A program made the position numbers and the translations under genes. DNA of 64,000 bases from Candidatus Heimdallarchaeota archaeon (GTDB taxonomy: Archaea; Asgardarchaeota; Heimdallarchaeia; Hodarchaeales; Hodarchaeaceae). Within the stretch, counting starts at the first letter, position 1. Every line of letters starts with the position of its first letter. The stretch spans positions 400,939 through 464,938 of the forward strand of contig RDOB01000003.1 of assembly GCA_011364965.1 (NCBI GenBank), written 5' to 3'. The notes beneath the pieces were generated by a model. It saw only the letters and a list, made by a program, of their open reading frames with translations. It made no database searches and was not told where the DNA came from. Of this stretch, positions 19,682 through 31,712 are shown piece by piece.

Positions 19682-19956
19682 ACTATTAGTCATTATATTT
19701 AATGCGAGATTAACTATATAGCTCATATTTTATATTCCTATTTTATCGTTTGTTACCTTTTTTTCCAAACAACCCAATTTTACTGTATTTAATTTTCATG
19801 ATAGATATTCCCATAGAATATTAGATTCACAAATTCCAAAATTTAACAGGAACTATTCTGCTTCGTGCTTTTCCTAATTTATTATGAATTAAAAACCTGA
19901 TGATAACATAGAAACACTATCTGAAGGCAATAGGAACCCCAACGTGCAAGAACTAT

Positions 19957-20091
19957 TCAGTGCCAGCTCCAGCGAGTTTCTTTTAGTTCCTTAGCAGTAA
20001 TTAGAGGTTCTTTCCCATACTTTTTTTCCAGATAAGACATTTGATCATCGGAATCTTTTGGTTTTTTTGCAGTTTTTATTTGAGTTGACAT
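19957..20091 (-). CDS. Small hypothetical protein (44 aa)
   Basis: MSTQIKTAKKPKDSDDQMSYLEKKYGKEPLITAKELKETRWSWH, in an otherwise empty intergenic gap. Confidence 0.45.
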   Translation of the reverse strand: MSTQIKTAKKPKDSDDQMSYLEKKYGKEPLITAKELKETRWSWH

Positions 20092-20327
20092 ACAATAATG
20101 ATATGATTTTTTCCTTTTAAAAGCAAAAGAGAGAGTAGTTTGAAAATGAAAAACAACTATTTTTAAGGTCAATACCGACTTAATTCAATTTCTGTACCTA
20201 GAATCCTTTTCAGTTGATGATGAGATGGATTTATTTAAAATTAAACTCTAAAATAGTGTGGTTAATATTATAAAGAGTTCTTCAAGTCAAAGACAGATTG
20301 TATTGATTATAATTGGGGATTAGGTAA

Positions 20328-20750
20328 TTGTCTGAAAAACAAAAAAAACTCTCATATCTTAGCCAAGAATGGTTAGATGAAGTTATAGTGCAAATAAAAG
20401 CAAATTTAAGCGCAGAGGATATGAAAAATGTCTCTTCATCGATGAAAAATGTTTATAAAAATTGTCCTGATAAAAAGATCCATTATTTATATTTTAAATT
20501 TGAGAAAGGATTGCTAACCGAAGCTTTAGTTGGAACAGATAAAGATGAAGTTGTTTCCCGCTCATCAGAGTTTCAAATTCACGGTGATTATGAAACGTTT
20601 GCCCTTATTTCCCAAGCGAAATTGGGAGCGAGATCAGCGCTCATGCGAAATCAAATAAAATTAAAAGGAAATATGGTGAAGGCTTTAAGACTTGCAAGTG
20701 TAGTTGATCGGTTGAATAAAATTATTGCTACCGTACCAACTGAATTTTAA
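20328..20750 (+). CDS. SCP2 sterol/lipid-binding domain protein
   Basis: YLSQEW start and ALMRNQIKLKGNMVKAL SCP2 C-terminal signature. Confidence 0.85.
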   Translation: MSEKQKKLSYLSQEWLDEVIVQIKANLSAEDMKNVSSSMKNVYKNCPDKKIHYLYFKFEKGLLTEALVGTDKDEVVSRSSEFQIHGDYETFALISQAKLGARSALMRNQIKLKGNMVKALRLASVVDRLNKIIATVPTEF

Positions 20751-20761
20751 AGGGAATCATT

Positions 20762-21952
20762 ATGATGGACGAGTATTCAATAGACCACCAAAGACGATTA
20801 AAGAGAATTCAACAAAAAATGGAAGAATGGAATCTAGCTGTATATTTAGGATCACGGTTACGAACTTTGAGTTATGTTGGAGATGTATTTTGTCCCTGGA
20901 GGTCATTTATCATCATTCCTCAAGAAGGGGAACCAATAATCTATACTTTTATAATCGACGCAGAACGAGTTCGTGATGAAAGCTGGCTTGACGATGTGAG
21001 AGGTTTTGGTCCTCTTGGTGGTGGTCATCAACTAGATGTTTTAACTGATGCTATTACAGATTGTTTAACAGGTGGTAAAGCGAAGATTGGAGTGGAGCTT
21101 GGATTGAGTAATTATTTACCAGAAGGGTATCTAACTACTGAAGAGTATAATTATTTGACAAAAAAATTACCTTATGCAGAATTCATTAATAGCATAGACA
21201 TTATTGATGAAATCTCTATGTTCAAAGAGTCAGGAGAAATCAATCGATTTCGGAAAGCATCTGAAATTGTGGATCTAGGCCACAAAGCAGTTTTAGAAGG
21301 ACTAGAAATCGGAATGACTGAAACAGAGATTGCAGGATTAGCCGATTACGCCATGAGGAAAGCGGGAAGTGAATGGGCATGGTCTTTTACTGGAGGAAAT
21401 GAGATCGCGTCTGGTTATCGAACTTCTTACCCGATGGGGGCGTGTACTCCAGCAACACGGCGCCCAATATACGCAGGGGAACCCCTGATGGTTGATTTAC
21501 ACGCGATGTACAAACTAGCCCTTGGAGATCATGCACATAACTATCTCATTTCACCTGTATCCAGAACACAAAAAATGCATGCAAAATATTTTCTTGAAAC
21601 CATTACACGAGTCTTGGACCTCTATGCTCCTGGAATGACACCCGCAGAGATCGCAGATAACATTATGGATTGGGCTGATTTACGAGGATTTGCACAATAT
21701 CTAGTTCCAGGGTTCGAACATGGAATTGGACTTATGGGAGATGAATGGCGGATTGGAATGAATGATGGACCCTTACCTTACTGGACAAACCCAGATCATA
21801 TCTATAAAGAGAATATGATGTTGATTTGTGCCATGCAGTATATGGCCCCAGAAGATCATGTTGGATTTCGATATGAAGGTCCGATAGTAATCACGAAAAA
21901 AGGGTGTGAAGTTCTACCAAAGACACCGTTAGAAGTGACAGTTTTAAGTTAA
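20762..21952 (+). CDS. M24 (Xaa-Pro peptidase/creatinase fold) enzyme with atypical active site
   Basis: Creatinase-N domain, GMTETEIA, D-x10-D, EHGIGL and FRYEG. Confidence 0.85.
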   Translation: MMDEYSIDHQRRLKRIQQKMEEWNLAVYLGSRLRTLSYVGDVFCPWRSFIIIPQEGEPIIYTFIIDAERVRDESWLDDVRGFGPLGGGHQLDVLTDAITDCLTGGKAKIGVELGLSNYLPEGYLTTEEYNYLTKKLPYAEFINSIDIIDEISMFKESGEINRFRKASEIVDLGHKAVLEGLEIGMTETEIAGLADYAMRKAGSEWAWSFTGGNEIASGYRTSYPMGACTPATRRPIYAGEPLMVDLHAMYKLALGDHAHNYLISPVSRTQKMHAKYFLETITRVLDLYAPGMTPAEIADNIMDWADLRGFAQYLVPGFEHGIGLMGDEWRIGMNDGPLPYWTNPDHIYKENMMLICAMQYMAPEDHVGFRYEGPIVITKKGCEVLPKTPLEVTVLS

Positions 21953-21967
21953 ACCTTCTTAGCTTGA

Positions 21968-22516
21968 TTATTCCTCCTCTAGATCGATTATAATACCATT
22001 CTCTGTATCATAAACAAACCCTTCGACTTTAACATCAGCTGCAATAATCAAAGGATGCCTTCGAAGTTTCAGTACTGATTCTATTACTTGATTCTCTACA
22101 TCATTAAAACCCAAAAATGCTTGTTCAACAGAGGAAGATCCAAGTAGCTTCAAAGTCTCAACTGGAGTAATATCAGCACTATTAGCCATCTTTTCTAGCA
22201 TAGAATTCATTCGAGAGGTACTCATGGCTCCACCACAATGTGTATGACCCACTATAGCAATATTTTTCACACCTAATTCATATACTGCAATCAATGTAGA
22301 TCGAAGTGAATCGGGGGTTACTAAAGCACCTGCATTTCGAATAATAGTTACTTGGCCTGGTTCTGTTACTCCAAAAACCTCGTCAACAATTCGACAATCC
22401 ATGCAGGTAATGACTAGTAATCGTAATTTAGGAGCCCCTGTTAGTTCCTTATATGGAAAATAGTATTTTAGATCTGACCATCGACTAAACTGTTTTTTAA
22501 GCTCATTTTTTTCCAT
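21968..22516 (-). CDS. Beta-class carbonic anhydrase
   Basis: TCMDCR, RNAG and GHTHCG zinc ligands. Confidence 0.9.
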   Translation of the reverse strand: MEKNELKKQFSRWSDLKYYFPYKELTGAPKLRLLVITCMDCRIVDEVFGVTEPGQVTIIRNAGALVTPDSLRSTLIAVYELGVKNIAIVGHTHCGGAMSTSRMNSMLEKMANSADITPVETLKLLGSSSVEQAFLGFNDVENQVIESVLKLRRHPLIIAADVKVEGFVYDTENGIIIDLEEE

Positions 22517-22628
22517 TTTTACACCTCAAATTGAGTTTATAAGTAGAAATATTTGATAGTCTTTTTTTCAATCGATTTCCTCGTCACAACATTTAGATTT
22601 ATCCCTTTTTTTAGTCAATAGTAATGAT

Positions 22629-25622
22629 TCACAGGGTACTGGGTTTTACTATACTCCCTTGCCGTTTCTTTCCGTCTATTCGAATATAAAAAGAATTATT
22701 TGATCGAATATGTCGGACAAATTCTGTTTCATCTATCATCAAATTAGGTTGTTTCAACCAATCCCAGTCGATTAAATCTTCTTCCGAATTAAATTTTGTA
22801 TATAAGTAACCAATATTTGCAGTAGTTATATTCTGGAAAAAATGACTTCCTTGAGAATGCTCGATTTGAAAATCTGGTAAACCTGCTTCAATGATTACTT
22901 TTGCACTTGAAATGTTGTTCCACTTCACTGGAATCCCGAGAAATCTATCAAATGTTCCCCAGCGACCAAATCCCAATAGTACATAAGGAGCATTTTGATC
23001 ACTTAATTTCTTGTTGAACGCATCTAGTTGATCTACAATTTCGGGAGTGCGTAATTTATCAAAATTATCTGGTTTCACATACACTATATCCTTAATATCC
23101 TTGATCACCATGTTTCCAGAGGCTTGTGAAGAATAAACAACCAATTTATCCCTCTCAAGTTCCTTTGATTCCTCTAAGGTGTTATCATCCATTTCAGTAA
23201 ATGGTCGAATTTGGAGGAGGTAAAAAGTGGTTGGTTTGGATGGATCCTGTTGAAAATTACCTGCGAATTCTATTTCAACACTACAGCCCATTGCTTGTTC
23301 CCCTAAAGCTAGTATTTTATTAATTAATGGGGCCAAAGGAACTTTATTGTATTTAAGTTGCTTATTGAAAGTAATAACTGGAGTCCCTTCCCCAGTATAT
23401 CCAGGTTTCAAAGTTTTATCATTATAATCATATGTATCTGCAATCTCAAAAAGAACTTCTTCTTCTACATCAAAAACACTTTCTTTTACTAAAAATGAGT
23501 ATTCTCCTTCATAAATATCAGCAGCAGTTGAACTAAGGTCGATGGCAAAAAAAGACTTCTGAGTATTATCTAATAATTGATCTACTGAATGGTAATTTAA
23601 TTCAGGATATTTTGGACAAAATCGTAGAGAAAGTCCACCATCAACAATTGTTTTTCCTAAACCTATAGCTAGAAACGCAACACGATCTGATGGTTCGAGA
23701 TAGGAAATAGGATAATAGTTATATGATGTTCCAACACCTGAGAAACTTGGATAGGATAAATTGTTTTTTCGTTTCTTTCCTACTACTTGTTGAATGACAA
23801 CGGCCATTTTAGATTCTTCAATTGACCCTCCTATTGCCTCTGCATAAGATTTAGCCCGTTTCAGAAATGAAGAAGCATATACTAATTTAATTGCACAACA
23901 AAGGAGATTCAACCTGATTTCCATATTTTGATTATTAGGAAGCATATATGTTTCAAAAACACCTGCGAATGGTTGATATTGTGAATCTTCAAGTAAACTA
24001 GAAGATCGAATGGACAGAGGCCCAGTAAGAGTTTTGAGGATAAATGAGAGATCTTCTTTTAGACCCTGGCGAAGATGAGCATTCTTAAAAGCGGTTTTAA
24101 TAGCATCATCTGATGCATCGGATAATGCTATGTCGTAAAGCTCTTCATTATCTTCCATGAAACCATCAAATTCATCAGTACCAATAACAATGGTTTTTGG
24201 AATCCTGATTGAAAATTCTGTAGCTAAATCGTCAGCAAGTAAAAATGCGTTTAGTAAGAACTGCAAAAATGCAATTCCTCTCCCTTTTCCACCTAAAGAA
24301 CCTGGACGTAATCGAGTGAATCTAATGGAAGGATGAAAAGTATCACGAGAAAAATCATGTACAACTCCGCCTGTTTTTTCGATTAATATCTCATTAATGG
24401 CATTTAAAAGAAATTTTCGCAATTCTTCCGAGCTATCAAACTCAGATACTTTAACTGGTTTTAACTTTTGAGCTATAGAAAACTCAGCTCTGTTCATTAG
24501 CCAACCTGAAAAATGATCGTGAGATCCATGATAAACAAGACTCTCTCCGGGAACTTCTGAGATGGCCTCATATAATTCATGAATATTTCGAGCTCTTCCA
24601 ACTATGGTACCGTCTTCTAGCCTAAATTTAAAAACTCCAAAACCAAGGTAACGTAGCATAAATGTACGAAGGTTCTTGAGAAGCCTACGAGATTTTTTAT
24701 TAATAAAAAATGCGTTTAGAACTTTCGCTTTTGCCTCATTTCTAGGTTCACTGGATTGGAGAGCACATGGAAGAGTTGGATTGGACTTTTTAACATCTTG
24801 AATAAACTTAATACCCGCTTCTTGATCTAATTTTCCTTCTATTGTAAATCTGACGTCAGATATTACCCCAATAACGTAATTTTTATATTTCTGATATAGA
24901 CACATAGCTTCTTCATAATTTTCTGCCAAAAGAATCTTGGGTCTGACTCTCATCTGCAATAAATTATGATAATCATTAATCCCATCTGTGATTAACCTAT
25001 GAGTCTGTTTCACCAATTCACTATAGAGAACAGGTAAAAATAACGAATAAAATCGAATTGAATCCTCAACCACAATAATAACACGAACTAAACCAACATT
25101 GGTATCATGATCAACATTGAAACTATCTTCCAAGTGCTTTATGATGGCAACAAAAACTGTCGAATCCCCATTCCAAACAAAAATTCTATCAATTCCTTGC
25201 TGTTTTGATTTATCTGGTAACGATAACACATTTGGTGTGTTCGTTAATAAAAGAACAACAGGAATATCCTGTATCTTTTTTATATTTTGACCAAAAGAAA
25301 ATGGATCAATATCACCACCTAGTCGTTTCATTGTAATAACAAGATCAAATGAATGGGTTTTCAATGCTTCTAAGGCATCTCTTGGTGTAGATACTCGTGT
25401 GATAACTGGCATCGTTCTAAGATTCAGATTATGAAATTCTTCAAATATTTGATCAGATAATCTCCCATCCTCTTCTAAGATAAAGTTATCGTAATAACTG
25501 GAAACAAGTAGTACCTTGTTTATCCTTCGTTTCATTAATTCACTGAATATTTGATATTTTGGTTTATAATCCAGATTGAATTCGGGTTTGATATACTCGT
25601 TGGGGAATTTATTTGTGACCAT
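22629..25622 (-). CDS. Receiver-like domains + PEP/pyruvate-binding (PPDK_N) protein
   Basis: GSLGGKGRG, IRSSSLLED, FAG, MAVVIQQVVG, EIEFA and LLQIRP in the ATP-grasp part. N-terminal REC-like segments. No swivel phospho-His motif. Confidence 0.85.
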   Translation of the reverse strand: MVTNKFPNEYIKPEFNLDYKPKYQIFSELMKRRINKVLLVSSYYDNFILEEDGRLSDQIFEEFHNLNLRTMPVITRVSTPRDALEALKTHSFDLVITMKRLGGDIDPFSFGQNIKKIQDIPVVLLLTNTPNVLSLPDKSKQQGIDRIFVWNGDSTVFVAIIKHLEDSFNVDHDTNVGLVRVIIVVEDSIRFYSLFLPVLYSELVKQTHRLITDGINDYHNLLQMRVRPKILLAENYEEAMCLYQKYKNYVIGVISDVRFTIEGKLDQEAGIKFIQDVKKSNPTLPCALQSSEPRNEAKAKVLNAFFINKKSRRLLKNLRTFMLRYLGFGVFKFRLEDGTIVGRARNIHELYEAISEVPGESLVYHGSHDHFSGWLMNRAEFSIAQKLKPVKVSEFDSSEELRKFLLNAINEILIEKTGGVVHDFSRDTFHPSIRFTRLRPGSLGGKGRGIAFLQFLLNAFLLADDLATEFSIRIPKTIVIGTDEFDGFMEDNEELYDIALSDASDDAIKTAFKNAHLRQGLKEDLSFILKTLTGPLSIRSSSLLEDSQYQPFAGVFETYMLPNNQNMEIRLNLLCCAIKLVYASSFLKRAKSYAEAIGGSIEESKMAVVIQQVVGKKRKNNLSYPSFSGVGTSYNYYPISYLEPSDRVAFLAIGLGKTIVDGGLSLRFCPKYPELNYHSVDQLLDNTQKSFFAIDLSSTAADIYEGEYSFLVKESVFDVEEEVLFEIADTYDYNDKTLKPGYTGEGTPVITFNKQLKYNKVPLAPLINKILALGEQAMGCSVEIEFAGNFQQDPSKPTTFYLLQIRPFTEMDDNTLEESKELERDKLVVYSSQASGNMVIKDIKDIVYVKPDNFDKLRTPEIVDQLDAFNKKLSDQNAPYVLLGFGRWGTFDRFLGIPVKWNNISSAKVIIEAGLPDFQIEHSQGSHFFQNITTANIGYLYTKFNSEEDLIDWDWLKQPNLMIDETEFVRHIRSNNSFYIRIDGKKRQGSIVKPSTL

Positions 25623-25936
25623 TCGTTCTCAATTCTAGATGTTTGAAAGATTTAAAAAGAATATTCCTTTCTGCTTCTCATATTTTAAGGAGTACTTATT
25701 GCTAATAATGAAATTTATTTCATTTGAAAAAAATCTGGCAATAATTGTAAAATAATGTGCTCCTAAAGGACAATAACTTGCTTTCAAGGAAAATCTGCTC
25801 TATTTATCTCAGAAACAAGTCCTTCAAATAACATAAATACAAGCAGAAAATAGCCTTTTCACGACGGGTTTTGTTATTTATTACTAAATAATGGTAAAAC
25901 CCATTTGTAGAACTGGTCTATCTAAAAATGGTATGA

Positions 25937-27301
<1,365 letters not shown>

Positions 27302-27315
27302 TTAGATTAACTTAA

Positions 27316-27356
27316 TTGGAAGAAATTTTCTTCCAAATCTTTTTCTTTCCAAATTT
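27316..27356 (+). terminator. Inverted repeat + T-tract between convergent genes
   Basis: TTGGAAGAAA-T-TTTCTTCCAA (27316-27336) followed by a T-rich stretch. Confidence 0.6.
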
Positions 27357-27377
27357 TTGACTTTTTACGTTTTAGAT

Positions 27378-30206
27378 CTAAAATAATTCTATAGGAAAAA
27401 GAAGTTGAAATTCATTTCCTCTGTTATATATGGGCCGTATTTTTAATTGCCCTCCATAATGTTGCATTATTACAGAAGCTAACGCTAAACCACTGAAATG
27501 CCCCTGATATTCCCATTCATCCGTGATTTTACCCGATAAGCTCTTACTGAGCTCATCCGAAATCGTATCAGAGTAATCGTCTCGCATCACAACTGAGAAA
27601 TAAACTGATTGTTGTCTTCCTTCAACGATTATTGGAGAATAGAGGGAAACATCCTTTCCACGAGTCCCTAAAATAAATGTTAATAACTCGTAGAAAACAC
27701 GCTCTATGTTTTCATCGCAATAGATATCTTTTGAGATCTGTTCTCGCTTTAATTTAATGGGAATCTCGTAAGAGAGATCAGCAGTCAACCTAAAAATTGT
27801 TGCTTCAAGTATAGAAAGTAAATTAACTGATATATCGTCCTTGGTAAATGGAGTTTGAAGGATTGCAAAAATTTTATTCACATTGTCAATGGTTTTCGAA
27901 GAACGACTAGCAATTTCAATGATCGTATTCACATTTGTCAAATTAAGTTTTTTATGGGCTTCATATTCAAGAGAAATTAAATCTAAATTATTGATTATTT
28001 TTTGAAGATCATTATTAAGAAAATGAGACAACATAGCGTGATACCGTTCCTCCTCCTTCTTTACCTGTCTTAACGCTTTCTCTGCCATCTTTCGATAAGT
28101 TATATCACGTATAATTGTTAATGTAGCAGGTTTGTGTTCATGAATAATTATTCCTGCATTGATCTCTATGTCAACTGGATTCCCATCCTTTCGAACTACT
28201 TTGGCCTCATAAATTTGCGGGATAGCTTCTCCTGCTGCTCGAAGTTTATAATATGATTCCACTAGCGCTTTAGAAGCTGGATGAAGATATTTACTAAATA
28301 ATGATCCCTCCAGTTCTTCAATTGAATATCCTGTGATTTGTGCTAAACGGGGATTGACATATTTAAGCACTTGATCTTGTACAATCGTTATTCCATCATT
28401 TGCTCTTTCAACTAAATTCCTATAAAGCTCTTCCGATTCTAAGAGTAACCTCTCGGTTTTTTTACGTTTAGTGATGTCGCGAGTGATAGAAATAAATGCA
28501 GTAGGGTCATTATTTTCATTCAATATTAACTTAGCATTCATTTCAGCAGGATAAATAGAACCATCTTTTCTCAGGAGCATATATTCTTCACTTATTGGTT
28601 TTCCTTCAGAAAATGCCCGCTGAGCATTCTCCATAGCCTTTGTTCGATCCTCAGGAGCAATTAAATCCAAAGCATTCATACCTATGATTTCAGAGGAATT
28701 TTCAGCCCCAAATAATTCTAAAGCTTGTTGATTGACTTCAATCACATTGAGTTTAAGATCAGTCATTGTTATAGCGTCTGGTGATAAATCAACTAAGGTT
28801 CGATATCGCTCCTCACTCTTCTCTAGAGCTTCTAAAGCCTCACGCTCCCTAGTAATGTCAGAAAGCATTCCAAATGACCCTACTAATTCACGATCTTGAT
28901 TAAATAATGCAGCTCCTGCAACTCGTGTTACAAGAATAGAACCATCTTTGCGCTTCCATTTCAACTCATATATTGAAGAAGGCACTCCTTGAATATATCT
29001 TTGAATTCTAACATCCTCAAAAAATTCTAGTGAATCAGGATGAAGAAATTCTATAACCTTTTTACCAATTAATTCCTCTTGAGAATAACCAATCATTTCT
29101 TCCAAGGCTGGGTTAATAAATGTAGTTATATCTTCTTTATCTGTAACCCACACACCTACAACATTATTGGTTATAATGGTTCGAAATCGTTCTTCACTTT
29201 CAAGGAGTTCTCTTTCTACTTTTTTACGATTCGTTATATCACGAACAGTAACAAGATCCGCGGGTCGGCCCTGATAGTTAATAACACTTGCATTAATCTC
29301 AACTTCAAGTGGAGTCCCCTTCGAAGTCTTAATTTTCGTTTCATAAATATTTGGGACATTTTCTCCGGCCATTCGCTTTTCATAACGGGTCTTAAAAAAC
29401 TCTAACGAATCTGGATGAATATAATTGATGAAAGGAGTGTGAATAATATCCTCTCGATTCACTTGAGCCAATTCAGCTGAAGCTTCATTTAGATACTTCG
29501 TAATTCCATCTTGTATTATTAAAATTCCATCAGAGGCATTTTCTACCAAAGTACGATATTTTTCTTCTGATTCTTTTAGTTCTTCATTAATAATGAATAA
29601 TTTGGTTGTTGTTTGCTTTTGTTTTTCATGAAGCAGAGCATTCTGGAGCGCAAGCGATAACCGTTTTGCTAAAATAACAAAGATTTGTTGAAGTTCCTCA
29701 GAAAACGCATCAATCAGATTGGATCCAATATTCAGACAACCAACTGAAATATCTTGGTATATCATTGGAATAACAAATGTTGTTCTTAAATTGGATCTTC
29801 TTAACTCCAATCCGATTTTTGTTGGTGATTCTGATTTTGTTAAATCGGGGTTATAGAAAGGTCGTTTTTCAACGAATGCTTGTTTTAAATAGGAATCGGA
29901 TGATGATATGAACCTTCCTTCTCCTAATTCAATACTATCATCCATGGTAGATGCAAAGACTATGAAACCATCTTTTGATTCGTCGTAAATAGCAATAGAA
30001 ACTCGTTGAACCTCAAAATGAGAACGAATGTATTCTATCGCTGCATTTATGACCTTTTTTTCATCTAATAGAGAAATTTCTTCTTCAAAATCCGCTATAT
30101 GTCGAAAAATGAAGTCCTTTGGTTTAAAGTCATCAATATTGCTATTTAACCTTTTTTTATGGTAATTTGACTTATCTTTTTTGGTAAAAAAGGATTTGAA
30201 GCCCAT
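27378..30206 (-). CDS. GAF + 4 PAS sensor with degenerate histidine kinase domain
   Basis: Four SEE(K/R/L)(Y/F)RxL/I...DIT PAS/PAC units, GAF at the N-terminus, SHFLNND H-box, GLAL..YGG tail. Confidence 0.88.
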   Translation of the reverse strand: MGFKSFFTKKDKSNYHKKRLNSNIDDFKPKDFIFRHIADFEEEISLLDEKKVINAAIEYIRSHFEVQRVSIAIYDESKDGFIVFASTMDDSIELGEGRFISSSDSYLKQAFVEKRPFYNPDLTKSESPTKIGLELRRSNLRTTFVIPMIYQDISVGCLNIGSNLIDAFSEELQQIFVILAKRLSLALQNALLHEKQKQTTTKLFIINEELKESEEKYRTLVENASDGILIIQDGITKYLNEASAELAQVNREDIIHTPFINYIHPDSLEFFKTRYEKRMAGENVPNIYETKIKTSKGTPLEVEINASVINYQGRPADLVTVRDITNRKKVERELLESEERFRTIITNNVVGVWVTDKEDITTFINPALEEMIGYSQEELIGKKVIEFLHPDSLEFFEDVRIQRYIQGVPSSIYELKWKRKDGSILVTRVAGAALFNQDRELVGSFGMLSDITREREALEALEKSEERYRTLVDLSPDAITMTDLKLNVIEVNQQALELFGAENSSEIIGMNALDLIAPEDRTKAMENAQRAFSEGKPISEEYMLLRKDGSIYPAEMNAKLILNENNDPTAFISITRDITKRKKTERLLLESEELYRNLVERANDGITIVQDQVLKYVNPRLAQITGYSIEELEGSLFSKYLHPASKALVESYYKLRAAGEAIPQIYEAKVVRKDGNPVDIEINAGIIIHEHKPATLTIIRDITYRKMAEKALRQVKKEEERYHAMLSHFLNNDLQKIINNLDLISLEYEAHKKLNLTNVNTIIEIASRSSKTIDNVNKIFAILQTPFTKDDISVNLLSILEATIFRLTADLSYEIPIKLKREQISKDIYCDENIERVFYELLTFILGTRGKDVSLYSPIIVEGRQQSVYFSVVMRDDYSDTISDELSKSLSGKITDEWEYQGHFSGLALASVIMQHYGGQLKIRPIYNRGNEFQLLFPIELF

Positions 30207-30475
30207 AATGACACATCTATCAATATATTTTACTAATTAGATAGCTTAATTGTTTTCATTAGTTTGTTGTTGAAGAGAATAAATAACTGCTATTTTTTAA
30301 ATTGGATCATTCAATTTGGTAATTGAAATCTCTATGATTTAAATAGGTCTCATTGAATTGTATCACAACAAAAATCGAAATAGAAGTGAATATTTTCCCT
30401 AAAAAAAGCACATAATTAGAGAATTAATGGTATAATCTTAATATTGCATTTTAGATAATAGGAAGTTTCAGAGAA

Positions 30476-31693
30476 ATGGCAATTATTTTAGTTTTAGGTG
30501 GTTGTGGCGTTGTTGGCAGTATGGCTGTGAAAACACTTGGCACTTTTGCAGATGTTTCCAAGATAATTATCGGAGACAAAAATCACCAGAAAGCAAATGA
30601 AATTATTACCGAATTGGGTTCAAATAAAATCATTTTCAAGCAGATAGATGTAGAAAACATCCAAGACCTCAAGAAAGAATTGGAACAGGTAGATGTTGTT
30701 CTAAACTGTATTGGGCCATTTTACCTTTATGGACCATTAGTTCTTCGTGTAGCTATTGAAATGAAAAAGAACTATATTGATGTAAATGATGATGTTGATG
30801 CCACAAGAGAAGTTCTGAGCATGGATAAATTGGCAAAAGAAGCAAAAATAACAGCTTTGATAGGAATGGGCAGTTCACCAGGAGTAACAAACCTACTTGC
30901 AAAATTTGCTGCCAAGCAACTGCTTGATACTGTTAAATCGGTAGATATATATCATGCACATGGTGGTGAACCATTCGAAGGTGCTGCAGTTATTTATCAT
31001 CGCATTCATTCAATGAGTATTGAGATTCCGGTATTTATAAATGGAAGTTTTCAAAATGTAAATTTCTTTGGGAAGAATGGTGAAGCGTTGGAGGAAGAGA
31101 TCTTGTTTCATAAAATAGGTACATATCGCGTACATCCTTACCCTCATCCAGAGACCATTACATTACCCAAATATCTTGAAATCATCGATCGTGTTACAAA
31201 TAAGGGAACAGTTTTACCTCCAGAGTATTTTTATCTTATAAGAGACCTTGTTAAACTAGGATTAAATGATAATACCCTGATAAATGTGAAGGGAAATCTT
31301 ATTTCGTCCCTAGATTTTATTATTCCTTATATTATTCACCAGAGGGAAAGAATTTTGAAAGAAATAAATTTTGGGCCTCAACAAGGATGTATAAAAATTG
31401 TTGTAGAAGGAATAAAGGATCAAAAGCCTCAGAAATGTATTTTCTCTTTAACTTCAGAAGGAAAAGCAATGGGAGAGGGAACTGGATTACCAGCAGCTTT
31501 TGGAACTATTTTAATGATTCGAAATCAGGTACGAGGTAAAGGAGTACTTCCACCAGAAGCATGTGTAAATCCATTGGAGTTCTTAGAAGTTATGCGAGAA
31601 CATCTTGATTTGGACTCAACAACAGGAGGGGGATCTCCTCTTTTAATTGAAATAATTGATTCAGAAGGCAATATTAATACCTTAGATCTTTGA
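30476..31693 (+). CDS. Saccharopine dehydrogenase-like oxidoreductase
   Basis: LGGCGVVG Rossmann motif, NCIGPF, GMGSSPG, HPE and GVLPPE. Confidence 0.88.
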   Translation: MAIILVLGGCGVVGSMAVKTLGTFADVSKIIIGDKNHQKANEIITELGSNKIIFKQIDVENIQDLKKELEQVDVVLNCIGPFYLYGPLVLRVAIEMKKNYIDVNDDVDATREVLSMDKLAKEAKITALIGMGSSPGVTNLLAKFAAKQLLDTVKSVDIYHAHGGEPFEGAAVIYHRIHSMSIEIPVFINGSFQNVNFFGKNGEALEEEILFHKIGTYRVHPYPHPETITLPKYLEIIDRVTNKGTVLPPEYFYLIRDLVKLGLNDNTLINVKGNLISSLDFIIPYIIHQRERILKEINFGPQQGCIKIVVEGIKDQKPQKCIFSLTSEGKAMGEGTGLPAAFGTILMIRNQVRGKGVLPPEACVNPLEFLEVMREHLDLDSTTGGGSPLLIEIIDSEGNINTLDL

Positions 31694-31712
31694 TAAAACG
31701 ATAAGTAAACAG

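Noticed and set aside
22629-25622. Annotation as true PEP synthase (ppsA)
   Set aside because: Phospho-His swivel motif and PEP-binding TIM barrel were not seen.
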